DNA from: a virus
Direction: 5' to 3' (one strand)
Length of the DNA: 64,000 bases
Virus record (IMG/VR): IMGVR_UViG_3300010033_000001
Span: 1-64,000 of that record
The notes beneath the pieces are model-generated. The model did no database searches. It worked only from the letters and a program-made list of their open reading frames with translations, and had not been told where the DNA came from. This document shows, piece by piece, positions 13,737 through 22,300 of the stretch. Position 1 is the stretch's first letter. The number at the start of each line of letters is the position of its first letter. Both the position numbers and the translations under genes were made by a program.

Positions 13737-14183
13737 TTAAGAGGTTCCTTTGATAAGCTTCTCGAGATCTACAGTCGATATATCTTTGAGCATTTCGTAA
13801 TGCTCAGCCCCTAGCTTTTTGATACGCTCAACATATTCCAAGGCGCTTTTCTCATATTGTTTGATCCTATTAAGTAACTTCTCTTTGGTAGCATCCTTAA
13901 GGTCAATCTTATTGAGATATCCAACCACACTCTGATCAAGTGATGAGAATACAAAGCAACTGAGTGGTTCCAGGTAATAGCAATTACTAGTCCTAAACAA
14001 CACACCACTACTGTCATTGATAACAAAAACCTCACGTTTATCGATCTTTTTCAGGGTAATGCTCATGATTTTAGTTTCGATGATTTCAACCTTGTCCTGG
14101 TAATCAATATCAATCTTATAATACACATCCCCGGGGCTGACAGTCGATCCGATTTTAACGGGTATAAGTTTAGCCTCACTCAT
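13737..14183 (-). CDS. hypothetical protein
   Basis: ORF 13737..14219. The Met at 14183 gives an ATGA overlap with the upstream stop. Confidence 0.5.
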   Translation of the reverse strand: MSEAKLIPVKIGSTVSPGDVYYKIDIDYQDKVEIIETKIMSITLKKIDKREVFVINDSSGVLFRTSNCYYLEPLSCFVFSSLDQSVVGYLNKIDLKDATKEKLLNRIKQYEKSALEYVERIKKLGAEHYEMLKDISTVDLEKLIKGTS

Positions 14184-14467
14184 AATTCTATCACCCCCCT
14201 TCCCTGACATGCCGGGCATGAAATCACATTCAAGCTTACCCCATCGTATTTAACTCCGGTACCATTGCAATGGCTACATATTGCTTTGCGTTTCGGTTTT
14301 CGTTCCGGGTCAGCGAATCCTACACGGTATGCCAGGTTACATCTTTGGCGGCACATTGCGCCCGGTTGATGACATGGGCCATCCTCGAAAATCTGGCAGT
14401 CATGCATTTTACTGTTTGTTGTCGCCATGGCATCGGCCAAGGCTGCAAGCTCTTTTGTTCTTCCCAT
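14180..14467 (-). CDS. DnaJ-type zinc-finger mini-protein
   Basis: Two CxxCxGxG motifs (CSHCNGTG, CPACQGRG) plus additional Cys residues. Confidence 0.6.
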   Translation of the reverse strand: MGRTKELAALADAMATTNSKMHDCQIFEDGPCHQPGAMCRQRCNLAYRVGFADPERKPKRKAICSHCNGTGVKYDGVSLNVISCPACQGRGVIEL

Positions 14468-14742
14468 TAGAATATTTTTTCTGCTATTGTTGATTTAATC
14501 CATTCCTCATCATAGTCCTCAGTCTCATTGAATCCACCTATTCCATCGTCAATAAGAACATGTATGATTTCAATTTCAGTTCTGTCATAAAAATATGGGG
14601 GGTTCACTGAGTCGTAACTTGTTCCACGTGAAACAGTTACCTCATATAGCACGTGAACGTATTCACCGTTTGGCCCGCTTGTTGTTTCGATATACCCATC
14701 CACGATCATTGATTTAACCGAGACCATTCGCTTTATCCTCAA
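14467..14742 (-). CDS. hypothetical protein
   Basis: 91-aa ORF abutting its neighbours. Confidence 0.45.
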   Translation of the reverse strand: MRIKRMVSVKSMIVDGYIETTSGPNGEYVHVLYEVTVSRGTSYDSVNPPYFYDRTEIEIIHVLIDDGIGGFNETEDYDEEWIKSTIAEKIF

Positions 14743-15082
14743 GCCTTACGGCTGTCATGAACATGATTAGTACCAGGGGAAAGACCCACCCGAAAGTAAG
14801 CCCGCCAATGATCATGCTCGTAAGCCCTAATGGTATCGATACCATGAGGTAGCGCCTGCGCTTATACTTCTCAACCTTTTTGATAAAATTGACCCGTTCG
14901 AGTGCTTCGGTGACTAATTCCTGGTACCTCTCTTTAGGTTTGTCCGGGGCTCCATGTATTTCAGGCATAGTTCGCCCTGGGATGTCTCCCTTTGTTGGTG
15001 ACACAGCACCACCGCCCTTGATTTTTACCTTTTTCTTTTTCATATCTCTGTTATTCTTAGTTAGGGTAGTAACTGAGTCCAT
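14714..15082 (-). CDS. membrane protein
   Basis: C-terminal hydrophobic stretches (YLMVSIPLGLTSMIIGGLTFGWVFPLVLIMFM). Confidence 0.45.
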   Translation of the reverse strand: MDSVTTLTKNNRDMKKKKVKIKGGGAVSPTKGDIPGRTMPEIHGAPDKPKERYQELVTEALERVNFIKKVEKYKRRRYLMVSIPLGLTSMIIGGLTFGWVFPLVLIMFMTAVRLEDKANGLG

Positions 15083-15288
15083 TTAAGTATTTCATCATTG
15101 CTCATCATACCGCCACTACTACCGTTTAGATCCCAATTCATACCACCCAATCCGCCTTTAGGATGATACGTCATAATTCTATGGTTTCCGAAATAATCAA
15201 CTGTATAATAATCACCATACTCACTTGGCAGTTCGTTATCGCTCGGTTTGTGCCAGACGACAACTACGGTCATTTGTTTTATTTCCAT
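15061..15288 (-). CDS. hypothetical protein
   Basis: 75-aa ORF. Confidence 0.4.
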   Translation of the reverse strand: MEIKQMTVVVVWHKPSDNELPSEYGDYYTVDYFGNHRIMTYHPKGGLGGMNWDLNGSSGGMMSNDEILKWTQLLP

Positions 15289-15551
15289 TATTCTACCTTA
15301 TCAAATCCCCAAAATTCATCCATTCTCTTAATGACATCAACATTAGATTGCATGTTGTACCTTTCGGCTATGTGCTCCCATCCATGGCTATGGTTTGGCT
15401 CATAAGCACAACCGCAGGCGCTTCTAAAGCTGGCCTCCCCGTTTACTATTTCTGTACCTACCGATTCACCGCATATACTACAATTATGCGCATGCCAGTA
15501 AGTAATGCCTTTCAATTCGGCTTGTTTCTTGAATTCTTCTGCTATTCTCAT
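15288..15551 (-). CDS. Cys/His-rich small protein
   Basis: 87-aa ORF with HAHNCSICGE...CGCAYEPNHSHGWEH. Confidence 0.45.
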   Translation of the reverse strand: MRIAEEFKKQAELKGITYWHAHNCSICGESVGTEIVNGEASFRSACGCAYEPNHSHGWEHIAERYNMQSNVDVIKRMDEFWGFDKVE

Positions 15552-15736
15552 TCTTTTACTTTAATGGTGAGTTCTTTTAATTGGATCAAGGATTTTTCCA
15601 TACCCGTAATTTCTCAAGGCAATACATGATCATTAAGTGATACGTCACTATCACAGTAAATCCAAGGAAATGGCAGTAATGCCTGATTTAAGTTAGATTA
15701 GGAAGTTCGTGAAAAAATTGGTTTTGTTGTTCATGT

Positions 15737-16246
15737 CTAATTTTTACAATTTGAAAATAAGTTGCCTATGTTAAAGCCGGCTTTCATGATCACCAGCAAT
15801 ATTTCGAAGTAGTTGTCAACGGGTCTGAAATTGTGAGATTGATTGACTTTGTATTCAACCAAAAAATTATTTGATATTCTGATTGTAAAATAGCCCCATC
15901 CGTTTTCAAATACAGCTTGCTTGCAATTAAGATGATATCCTAAAAAACTGAATTTATCAACATCAAAACTTTGATCTTGAATTTTCACCATTTTCAAAAT
16001 GGCTTTGAAATGATCATCTGTGAAATCACAAAAATGCAATAGTTCCGGAGAAACAGAATCAACGGGGACATACTTGAGCCTTGTCACATTGTTTTCTTCA
16101 TGTTCGAGTTCTACCAGTTGCTCATCATGATTCACAGATCTCACGATGCCTCCAGAAACCTTCACGCCATCACCGATAATTGAATCTATCAATGCGCGGC
16201 ATCCGGTGTAGAAATTGAAAAGCTCAATGCGGGCTATTTTTTCCAT
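15737..16246 (-). CDS. hypothetical protein
   Basis: 169-aa ORF, the first gene after the promoter at 16265..16295. Confidence 0.55.
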   Translation of the reverse strand: MEKIARIELFNFYTGCRALIDSIIGDGVKVSGGIVRSVNHDEQLVELEHEENNVTRLKYVPVDSVSPELLHFCDFTDDHFKAILKMVKIQDQSFDVDKFSFLGYHLNCKQAVFENGWGYFTIRISNNFLVEYKVNQSHNFRPVDNYFEILLVIMKAGFNIGNLFSNCKN

Positions 16247-16264
16247 TGTTCATCTGATTTATAA

Positions 16265-16295
16265 CAAATGTAACAAATTGTATGAAACCCACAAA
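16265..16295 (-). promoter_or_regulatory. Bacteroidota-type promoter (TTTG-N19-TAcaTTTG)
   Basis: The minus strand reads TTTG (16295-16292), 19 nt, then TACATTTG (16272-16265), 19 nt upstream of the ATG at 16246. The conserved box TTTGTTACATTTGTTATAA is present. Confidence 0.7.
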
Positions 16296-16307
16296 TTTTT
16301 AACAAGT

Positions 16308-16334
16308 AAAAAAAATACCCGACAGACGGCCGGG
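16308..16334 (-). terminator. Rho-independent terminator
   Basis: CCCGGC-CGTCT-GTCGGG followed on the minus strand by TAT8. Confidence 0.65.
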
Positions 16335-16364
16335 CATTACGATTGCACCTGATTGCGATATGGC

Positions 16365-16604
16365 TTATTCACGTCTCTTTTTGCTGTTCCGCACAGTAAA
16401 ATTTTTTGCCTTATCATTCATCACTATCAGCTTGTTATTACCATAACGAACAAAATCGAGATAACCTTTGCTGAATTTATAGAACAGGGTTTGAGGACTT
16501 ACCTGAATGTTTACCGCATCACAAAATTCTTTTATGGTCAGGATGTCATACTCATGAGTTTCACCTTTTTCCTCAATCCTCAACCTGGGTCTATCGTATT
16601 CCAT
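16365..16604 (-). CDS. hypothetical protein
   Basis: 79-aa ORF overlapping the end of the lipoprotein gene by 14 nt. Confidence 0.4.
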   Translation of the reverse strand: MEYDRPRLRIEEKGETHEYDILTIKEFCDAVNIQVSPQTLFYKFSKGYLDFVRYGNNKLIVMNDKAKNFTVRNSKKRRE

Positions 16605-17280
16605 TTAGACGTTTTCTTACGTAAAGAAAGCCGAAAAGAATCACAATCGCAACTATGATCCATTTCCAGGGAAAAAGCCGTTTACGCGTATCAAGTGCAA
16701 TAATTGTTCTGTTACTTTCTATTTCTAACTCAATGGGGTCAAAATGAAAGTCCAGAATCCCATCAATAAATGACAATGTGAACCTATATGGCGCGGTATA
16801 CACATCATCACCATACTCCATTGACAAAGTATCGACCACGGTGATCATAGTATCGACGTATGCGCCCAGCTGTAGCTGGGCCCTCAGGTCGTCAACCCTT
16901 CGCCTGGCATCAATATATTGTCTTGTTAATGCGTGGTTGGGGTCGACTATGATACGCTCCGGATCAGTAAACATCCTGACCGTATCAGGTACCGGTAAAT
17001 TTTCCAACGAATCAATCAATTTTCGTGCATCATAATACTCAGCTAATAATGAATTAAATTCAGCTGTATCTGTTGGTACTGGTATTTCTACCGTAATCGT
17101 ATCAGTTTTCAATTCACGGTATTCCACCTGTTGGATCGTATCTGCTAACTCAGGGTATTTTGCTAGGGTTTCCTCAATATTGTCGTAGGCCTTTCGTAGT
17201 CGGTTCTTGTGGAAGTTGAGGCCGCACCCGCTAACGAGTACGGCCATCATAGCAGCCAAAAGAAAAATTCTTCTATCCAT
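16591..17280 (-). CDS. lipoprotein with a C-terminal transmembrane helix (unimolecular spanin candidate)
   Basis: Lipobox LVSGC at the N-terminus and C-terminal TM WKWIIVAIVILFGFLYV. Sits directly downstream of the holin-like and amidase genes. Confidence 0.5.
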   Translation of the reverse strand: MDRRIFLLAAMMAVLVSGCGLNFHKNRLRKAYDNIEETLAKYPELADTIQQVEYRELKTDTITVEIPVPTDTAEFNSLLAEYYDARKLIDSLENLPVPDTVRMFTDPERIIVDPNHALTRQYIDARRRVDDLRAQLQLGAYVDTMITVVDTLSMEYGDDVYTAPYRFTLSFIDGILDFHFDPIELEIESNRTIIALDTRKRLFPWKWIIVAIVILFGFLYVRKRLNGIR

Positions 17281-17633
17281 TAGTCAAAAATTCTTAGTTC
17301 GGATTTTACGCGTTTCCTTATGGCTTGGAATATATCAAGAGACCAATAACCAATACCAACAATTATGGCGTCATTGTAGCCGATGTACTTATCGAGTAAA
17401 TCCTTTCCAAACCATATGACAGCCACACCAAAGACCAGAGACAAAATCCAGTTGACATAAGCCTCGTGTATGAATATATTGAAATTAAAGCTTACCCCTG
17501 GTTTCTGGCGTACTTTTTTACGTGCATGGATCAGGTCAGTGATCATTTTGAGCACGACCCCAAACAACAGGGGTATAATGTCATCAAGGCCGAACGCGGC
17601 TGCCGCGCTGACCAAAATCATAAATGTTTTCAT
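17280..17633 (-). CDS. holin-like membrane protein
   Basis: 117 aa with 2-3 hydrophobic helices and a charged C-terminus. Lies between the amidase and the spanin candidate, with overlapping start/stop codons. Confidence 0.5.
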   Translation of the reverse strand: MKTFMILVSAAAAFGLDDIIPLLFGVVLKMITDLIHARKKVRQKPGVSFNFNIFIHEAYVNWILSLVFGVAVIWFGKDLLDKYIGYNDAIIVGIGYWSLDIFQAIRKRVKSELRIFD

Positions 17634-18301
17634 ATTACGTTGTTTTGTTCAACATACAATATCGCATTATATAGGCAGTATGCGATTCTCATCTGAAAAT
17701 CATAGCTCATCAACATCATGGCTTGTTCGTGGTTTTGATAGAAAAGGTTTTCCACCAATATGGCCGGGCACTTTGTTTTGGTCAACATGGCAAATCTTGC
17801 CTCTTTGTCAGCATCACCATCGGACTCATCAGCACGGAACTTGAAAACTTGATTCTCATTTTCTAAGAATTCATTTTTGTAGAAATGTGCAAATACTTCA
17901 GCAATTGGGTCGGAAGGTGTATCACCCGGGCTTGTGTAAATCTCAAAGCCTCTAGCCGCGACACTTGGCCCTTCGATATCAGTATTGGCCGCATTGCTAT
18001 GGATTGAAATCAGTATACATGGTTTGTTTATACCTGAGGATATGGCATTTACCGTATTGATCCTGTGATTCAATGGTGTGTCAAATACCTGGTGTGGTAC
18101 CATGGTTGAATCATAACCCTTTGCCTTCATCATAGAGTGAAGCATATAGGCAACTTGCCGGTTTACGAATCCCTCAGGGATCCAAAAACCATCTTCGAAA
18201 GTGTACTGCTTTGCCCCAGGGGTTTCATATTTCCACCCAATTGGGTTAATACCACCATGGCCAGGGTCAAGCAACCACATGTAATTAGATGTTTCTATCA
18301 T
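17630..18301 (-). CDS. N-acetylmuramoyl-L-alanine amidase (Amidase_3-type endolysin)
   Basis: LDPGHGG, SIHSNA and ...AILVENLF motifs. Confidence 0.85.
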   Translation of the reverse strand: MIETSNYMWLLDPGHGGINPIGWKYETPGAKQYTFEDGFWIPEGFVNRQVAYMLHSMMKAKGYDSTMVPHQVFDTPLNHRINTVNAISSGINKPCILISIHSNAANTDIEGPSVAARGFEIYTSPGDTPSDPIAEVFAHFYKNEFLENENQVFKFRADESDGDADKEARFAMLTKTKCPAILVENLFYQNHEQAMMLMSYDFQMRIAYCLYNAILYVEQNNVI

Positions 18302-18687
18302 TGGTTATTTTTTATAAGGTCTGAAATTTCAATTGCTACCAGATTGCACCATTTTATGAACGACCTATGAAGGTAAATTTTCTGAATGCGTTCATTGAAG
18401 TAAAGGTACTTTAAGGTTCTACCTTTATCATTCACCTGCCAGCAAAGCCGAAAACAAAAGTTATAGAATTCAGGGTATTCTTTGATCAATGGGCTGTCAC
18501 CCCGAACGAATTGCAAAATATTTTCCAGGAAAAACCTACGATCGTGGAGGCTTGTATCATAATGAAATACGCGATTATCCAAAAATATTCTATACTTTTC
18601 AATGCATTTGTCAAGACACTTGAAATCATTGGGGTCAAACAACATTTGTTGATCGGTTTTGCCATATATGTTTAATTGGTTTGACAT
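18298..18687 (-). CDS. hypothetical protein
   Basis: 129-aa ORF with an ATGA-type overlap with the amidase gene. Confidence 0.5.
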   Translation of the reverse strand: MSNQLNIYGKTDQQMLFDPNDFKCLDKCIEKYRIFLDNRVFHYDTSLHDRRFFLENILQFVRGDSPLIKEYPEFYNFCFRLCWQVNDKGRTLKYLYFNERIQKIYLHRSFIKWCNLVAIEISDLIKNNQ

Positions 18688-18705
18688 GATCCAAATGGTT
18701 ATAAT

Positions 18706-19470
18706 CTAAAACGTTTCTTTTTCGTCGTCGGCGATATCACTCCCCTCATCTGTTCCATCATCGTTATCATCCCCAGGTTCATCCGGGTCCTGTTCACTAA
18801 CCTTGGCCTCAAGCACATGATTGATTTGCAGTTGATGATCGTTTGATTGCAACTCAGTCGTTTTGATTACATCATTGGGAGTACACTTACTGCCAGCCTT
18901 GAAATAGTACTTCAGGTTTTCGTCAAAGTCGATCTTTACAATCGCCTGTTTTTCCCGTTCCTCATAACCTTGTTGGATATCATTGCAAAGCTTTTCTATC
19001 TTCCCCTCAATGCCAGTGATTATGCTTTTGTGCTGATCCATGGCCTGCTTTTTTTCCATGTTGGCCTCCTGAAGTTGTTTGTACAAGGATGCCAGTTGTT
19101 GGCCATGGTGCGCGCTTTCCTCAGCTGTGAAAATATGCTTATCCATGATTTTCTGCGTTCCAGGAAGCACAAGTATGGTGCCATTGATGGCTGCATACCT
19201 AATGGATGGTCTGAGCGCTTGATCCATATGCTTCCATTCCACTCCATCCGGAACCTCATAAAATGGGAATGCAGTTGTGTCATCCATCTTGTATTTAAAT
19301 TCTGCATGAATTCCATGCTCATCAATCATGAATGACTGTAATGTTTCAATAGCATCTTCAAGTTCCTGGAGGTTATTTTGCTTGGATATGATAATCTTTC
19401 CGTTGGTATAGATCATATTAATCGAAGTTATAGGGTTTTGAAATAGAAACCAGAATATGAGGTTTGTCAT
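18706..19470 (-). CDS. hypothetical protein with an acidic C-terminal tail (start possibly the Met at 19416)
   Basis: 254-aa ORF with a coiled-coil centre and a DPDEPGDDNDDGTDEGSDIADDE tail. Confidence 0.5.
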   Translation of the reverse strand: MTNLIFWFLFQNPITSINMIYTNGKIIISKQNNLQELEDAIETLQSFMIDEHGIHAEFKYKMDDTTAFPFYEVPDGVEWKHMDQALRPSIRYAAINGTILVLPGTQKIMDKHIFTAEESAHHGQQLASLYKQLQEANMEKKQAMDQHKSIITGIEGKIEKLCNDIQQGYEEREKQAIVKIDFDENLKYYFKAGSKCTPNDVIKTTELQSNDHQLQINHVLEAKVSEQDPDEPGDDNDDGTDEGSDIADDEKETF

Positions 19471-19894
19471 GTGTGTAAATCTTCTGTGTGTTTAGAATTG
19501 AAATCCTTGAATCATTGGTAAAAATGTGACCTTCCAAGGCATCAAGAACTGGTTTTGTGAGGTTGTCAAGGTCGGGCTTTGTTGTTTTGAACACCCGTTG
19601 GTAGTGTGCTATTGCAAATTTCTGGCTTGATGCAAGGTTTTTAGTGGGTGCAAAGGCAAACTCAATACTCACATTTATGCAATGGTCAATCACTTCAAAG
19701 CCTTTAGGGCGTTGTTGTTTCCATAGAAGCAATATTTCATCCTGATACGCTTCGAGTGACTTATCAGAAAATGCCATTGCACGACCGGTCTTCTTATGCT
19801 TGCCGATCCTGGTTGACTGTTTGGCCTTTGGTTCTATGTACAATTTAAATGATAAATCCATATCAAAAAATGAAATATCTAAACCCATTATCAA
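19418..19894 (-). CDS. rusA: RusA-family Holliday junction resolvase
   Basis: KPDLDNLTKPVLDALEGHIFTNDSRI matches the RusA catalytic Asp region. Confidence 0.7.
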   Translation of the reverse strand: MIMGLDISFFDMDLSFKLYIEPKAKQSTRIGKHKKTGRAMAFSDKSLEAYQDEILLLWKQQRPKGFEVIDHCINVSIEFAFAPTKNLASSQKFAIAHYQRVFKTTKPDLDNLTKPVLDALEGHIFTNDSRISILNTQKIYTHDKPHILVSISKPYNFD

Positions 19895-19945
19895 AGATCA
19901 CAATGAACGTGTTTCCTCCTATCATTCGCTTGTTGTCGATCCAAA

Positions 19946-20701
19946 TCATATCGTAATGTTTTTGATTTTCTGAAGATTGTGTTTCATCAACTCAATTCCA
20001 TAGTCGCCAATGTACGAAAATTTTTTTAACCTGTTCAAAATTTGTTCATTGGTTATTCCTTTGTCGATCCAATCATCGAAATAATGATGCATGGTAAGCT
20101 TACCCTTTGCAGGGATAACAGCAAGGAACATTTTTGAATCCACCAGGCAATTCAGGATATCATCGGAAAAACGATCTACGGCCGGTTCGATGGCTTTTAG
20201 TTGGTGTCCCTTGTATGCTGCTACGATCATGCGCTTAATGATCTGATCGTGTTCGAATAGCTTCTTTCGTTCATCATCAACGATGTCACCGATCATTAGC
20301 TTGATGTGTAGGTCACGGGCTCGGGCATTATCCCGTCCTTTCTTGTACCAGGTAAGGATCTTGTGAACATAATCCACCCCGATGGACTGGTAGTGTTTAG
20401 TTAGATTCTCATTGTTTGCCTCAATTGCCAATTCGAAAGCCTTTATGATTTCCAAGGGTTTCAGGTCGGAATGCTTGTTGCATACCCAGTTGACAATGAC
20501 TTTGCCTGAAGCACGATCGGGAAAGTTTTCTTCTTTCAACCCCATTAGGGAGAATGCATGTTCCAATGATGTTGCTATCTCATTTTTAAACTGGGCTACT
20601 TCATTGCTATCCTGAACCACATGGGGTGTAGCTTTTACTTTTCGCTTCGGGTCAATCAGCCCACCCGCGAGATCCTGTATTTTTTTTGGTTCCTTTTCCA
20701 T
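19946..20701 (-). CDS. hypothetical replication-module protein
   Basis: 251-aa ORF immediately downstream of the initiator candidate. Confidence 0.45.
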   Translation of the reverse strand: MEKEPKKIQDLAGGLIDPKRKVKATPHVVQDSNEVAQFKNEIATSLEHAFSLMGLKEENFPDRASGKVIVNWVCNKHSDLKPLEIIKAFELAIEANNENLTKHYQSIGVDYVHKILTWYKKGRDNARARDLHIKLMIGDIVDDERKKLFEHDQIIKRMIVAAYKGHQLKAIEPAVDRFSDDILNCLVDSKMFLAVIPAKGKLTMHHYFDDWIDKGITNEQILNRLKKFSYIGDYGIELMKHNLQKIKNITI

Positions 20702-21608
20702 TTCCTTTGGCTTTAGTTCTCATGATCGATACAATTTCGTTGATATTGGAATCAATATCCTTTAAATCCATTTTGTTGTAGAGGTAATTGTTCTGGTGGC
20801 CCTCAAGTAAGTGCCAGTTATCGAGTAGTGCCTGCCAAGCTTCAACTACATCATCATCGGTTTTGATCTTGTTCTGAGTCTTGAGGTATCTGATAATGCT
20901 TTTCATTTTTCTTCCCGCAATAGCGGTCATCTTTGGTTTTACTGAATTCATTTTTTCGAACCAGACAAAGTATATTTCCAGCATGCGAACGTAGAGTTCG
21001 TTTTCAGCTTTTTCATGTTGGACGCCTTCAAAAACCTGGTTCCAAACCGAATCAAAATTTTTTGCAAAAAATTCTATTTCCTTTTCATGTTGATCGCGCG
21101 AAGTGATGAGCGCGATAAAAGAATAAAGATGTTTAAGTGTTTTAGTGTTTAAGTGTTTTATTATACTAACAATGCTTTGGTAGTTGCTTTGGTAGTTGCT
21201 TTGGATAGTGCTTTGGTATTTTTTACCGAAGCTCTCGAAATCTTCATCATTTGCTTTGGTAATTGCTTTGGTAATTGCTTTGGTACCTGCTTTGGTAGTT
21301 GCTTTGGTAGTTGCTTTGGTACTTTTTACCAAAGCAATTCTATTGGAAGTAAACTGATTTGTCGACCTTGAAATCACATGGATCATCCCCCATTTATCCA
21401 GGTCATCAAAAGCTTTTTTATAGGTCTTGTAACTACTTATCCCAATGGAGGCCATGGTTCTATCGGTAGGCACACCGAATTCAGGCGGCCACCCCAGGGT
21501 ATTGCAAAGGTTAACACATGCATAGTATAAAGCATGATGAACCGGCTTTACTTCAGCGTTACCATAGGCAAAGCCGGTCCATTCTTTTTGATATTCGTAT
21601 CCCGTCAT
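20652..21608 (-). CDS. replication initiator / replisome organiser candidate containing internal iterons
   Basis: Winged-helix-like N-terminus. The central TKATTKATTKAGTKAITKAITKA and YQSTIQSNYQSNYQS stretches are encoded by 12-bp DNA repeats, a lambda O-like arrangement. Confidence 0.5.
   Translation of the reverse strand: MTGYEYQKEWTGFAYGNAEVKPVHHALYYACVNLCNTLGWPPEFGVPTDRTMASIGISSYKTYKKAFDDLDKWGMIHVISRSTNQFTSNRIALVKSTKATTKATTKAGTKAITKAITKANDEDFESFGKKYQSTIQSNYQSNYQSIVSIIKHLNTKTLKHLYSFIALITSRDQHEKEIEFFAKNFDSVWNQVFEGVQHEKAENELYVRMLEIYFVWFEKMNSVKPKMTAIAGRKMKSIIRYLKTQNKIKTDDDVVEAWQALLDNWHLLEGHQNNYLYNKMDLKDIDSNINEIVSIMRTKAKGNGKGTKKNTGSRGWAD
21173..21335. repeat. two clusters of 12-bp iterons GCTTTGGTAnTT (4 + 6 copies), each ending in an inverted copy; candidate replication origin
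   Basis: Units at 21173, 21185, 21197, 21209 and at 21253, 21265, 21277, 21289, 21301, 21313. Palindromic ends GCTTTGGTAttttttACCGAAGC and GCTTTGGTActttttACCAAAGC. An adjacent direct repeat GTTTAAGTGTTTTA occurs twice (21131-21160). Confidence 0.6.
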
Positions 21609-22300
21609 TTATACACGTATTCGGTTAAGCCCAAATCCTGACACGCATCAAAGTAGTGAAGTAGCCACCTATCGATGTCATGCTTCATACCTGGGTAAGG
21701 GTACAATGAAAAATGATCATACTCGAATCTGATGTCACGTGATTGTCTGATATCGCGTGTATCGGCATCGAGCGCCTGAAATACATTGTATTGTACCCTA
21801 TGGCCACCACTGGCCAGCAAGTAGAACCTCCATTGTGTTGAGTCGTAATATGATTTGAAATCGTAATAGCCTCGAGTAGTTTTCTGCTCATGAACCTCGA
21901 GGCCATAAATGCCATCAAGCCGCATTAATACCTGAACGGGTTGACCCCGGTAGTCAGTGTAATATCGCGACCAAGTTTCAAAACTCATTCCCTGGTATCG
22001 CTCCCTAAACTTTAGCGCATGCGTCAGCTGATCGGCTGTAAAGTATACCCCTTCCGGCATATCATCAACCTTGACATAATACAAGCCTTTCTGATCGGTT
22101 CTGAAAGGTTCACTGCCTAATTCAATTACAGCATGATATGCGCTTCCAATCGTCGCCTGTGGCGTCCATTCTGCTTCACGCTTTACGGTCTTAATAAAAG
22201 ATTCCTGGGTAATGTAGTTGTTATAAAGTCCGTTTATGAATTTCCTGAACGTTTCAAGCTTGGAAGGGCTAACTTTCCACTGTTTCCGGCTCGGCTCCAT
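21605..22300 (-). CDS. PD-(D/E)XK-type nuclease (Cas4/RecB-like exonuclease candidate)
   Basis: D...E-x-K arrangement (LDGIYGLEVHEQK). Position between the ATPase and the initiator is typical of phage recombination modules. Confidence 0.4.
   Translation of the reverse strand: MEPSRKQWKVSPSKLETFRKFINGLYNNYITQESFIKTVKREAEWTPQATIGSAYHAVIELGSEPFRTDQKGLYYVKVDDMPEGVYFTADQLTHALKFRERYQGMSFETWSRYYTDYRGQPVQVLMRLDGIYGLEVHEQKTTRGYYDFKSYYDSTQWRFYLLASGGHRVQYNVFQALDADTRDIRQSRDIRFEYDHFSLYPYPGMKHDIDRWLLHYFDACQDLGLTEYVYK

Noticed and set aside
21173-21324. Possible CRISPR or minisatellite
   Set aside because: These are 12-bp contiguous units without spacers inside a coding frame. They are better explained as iterons.
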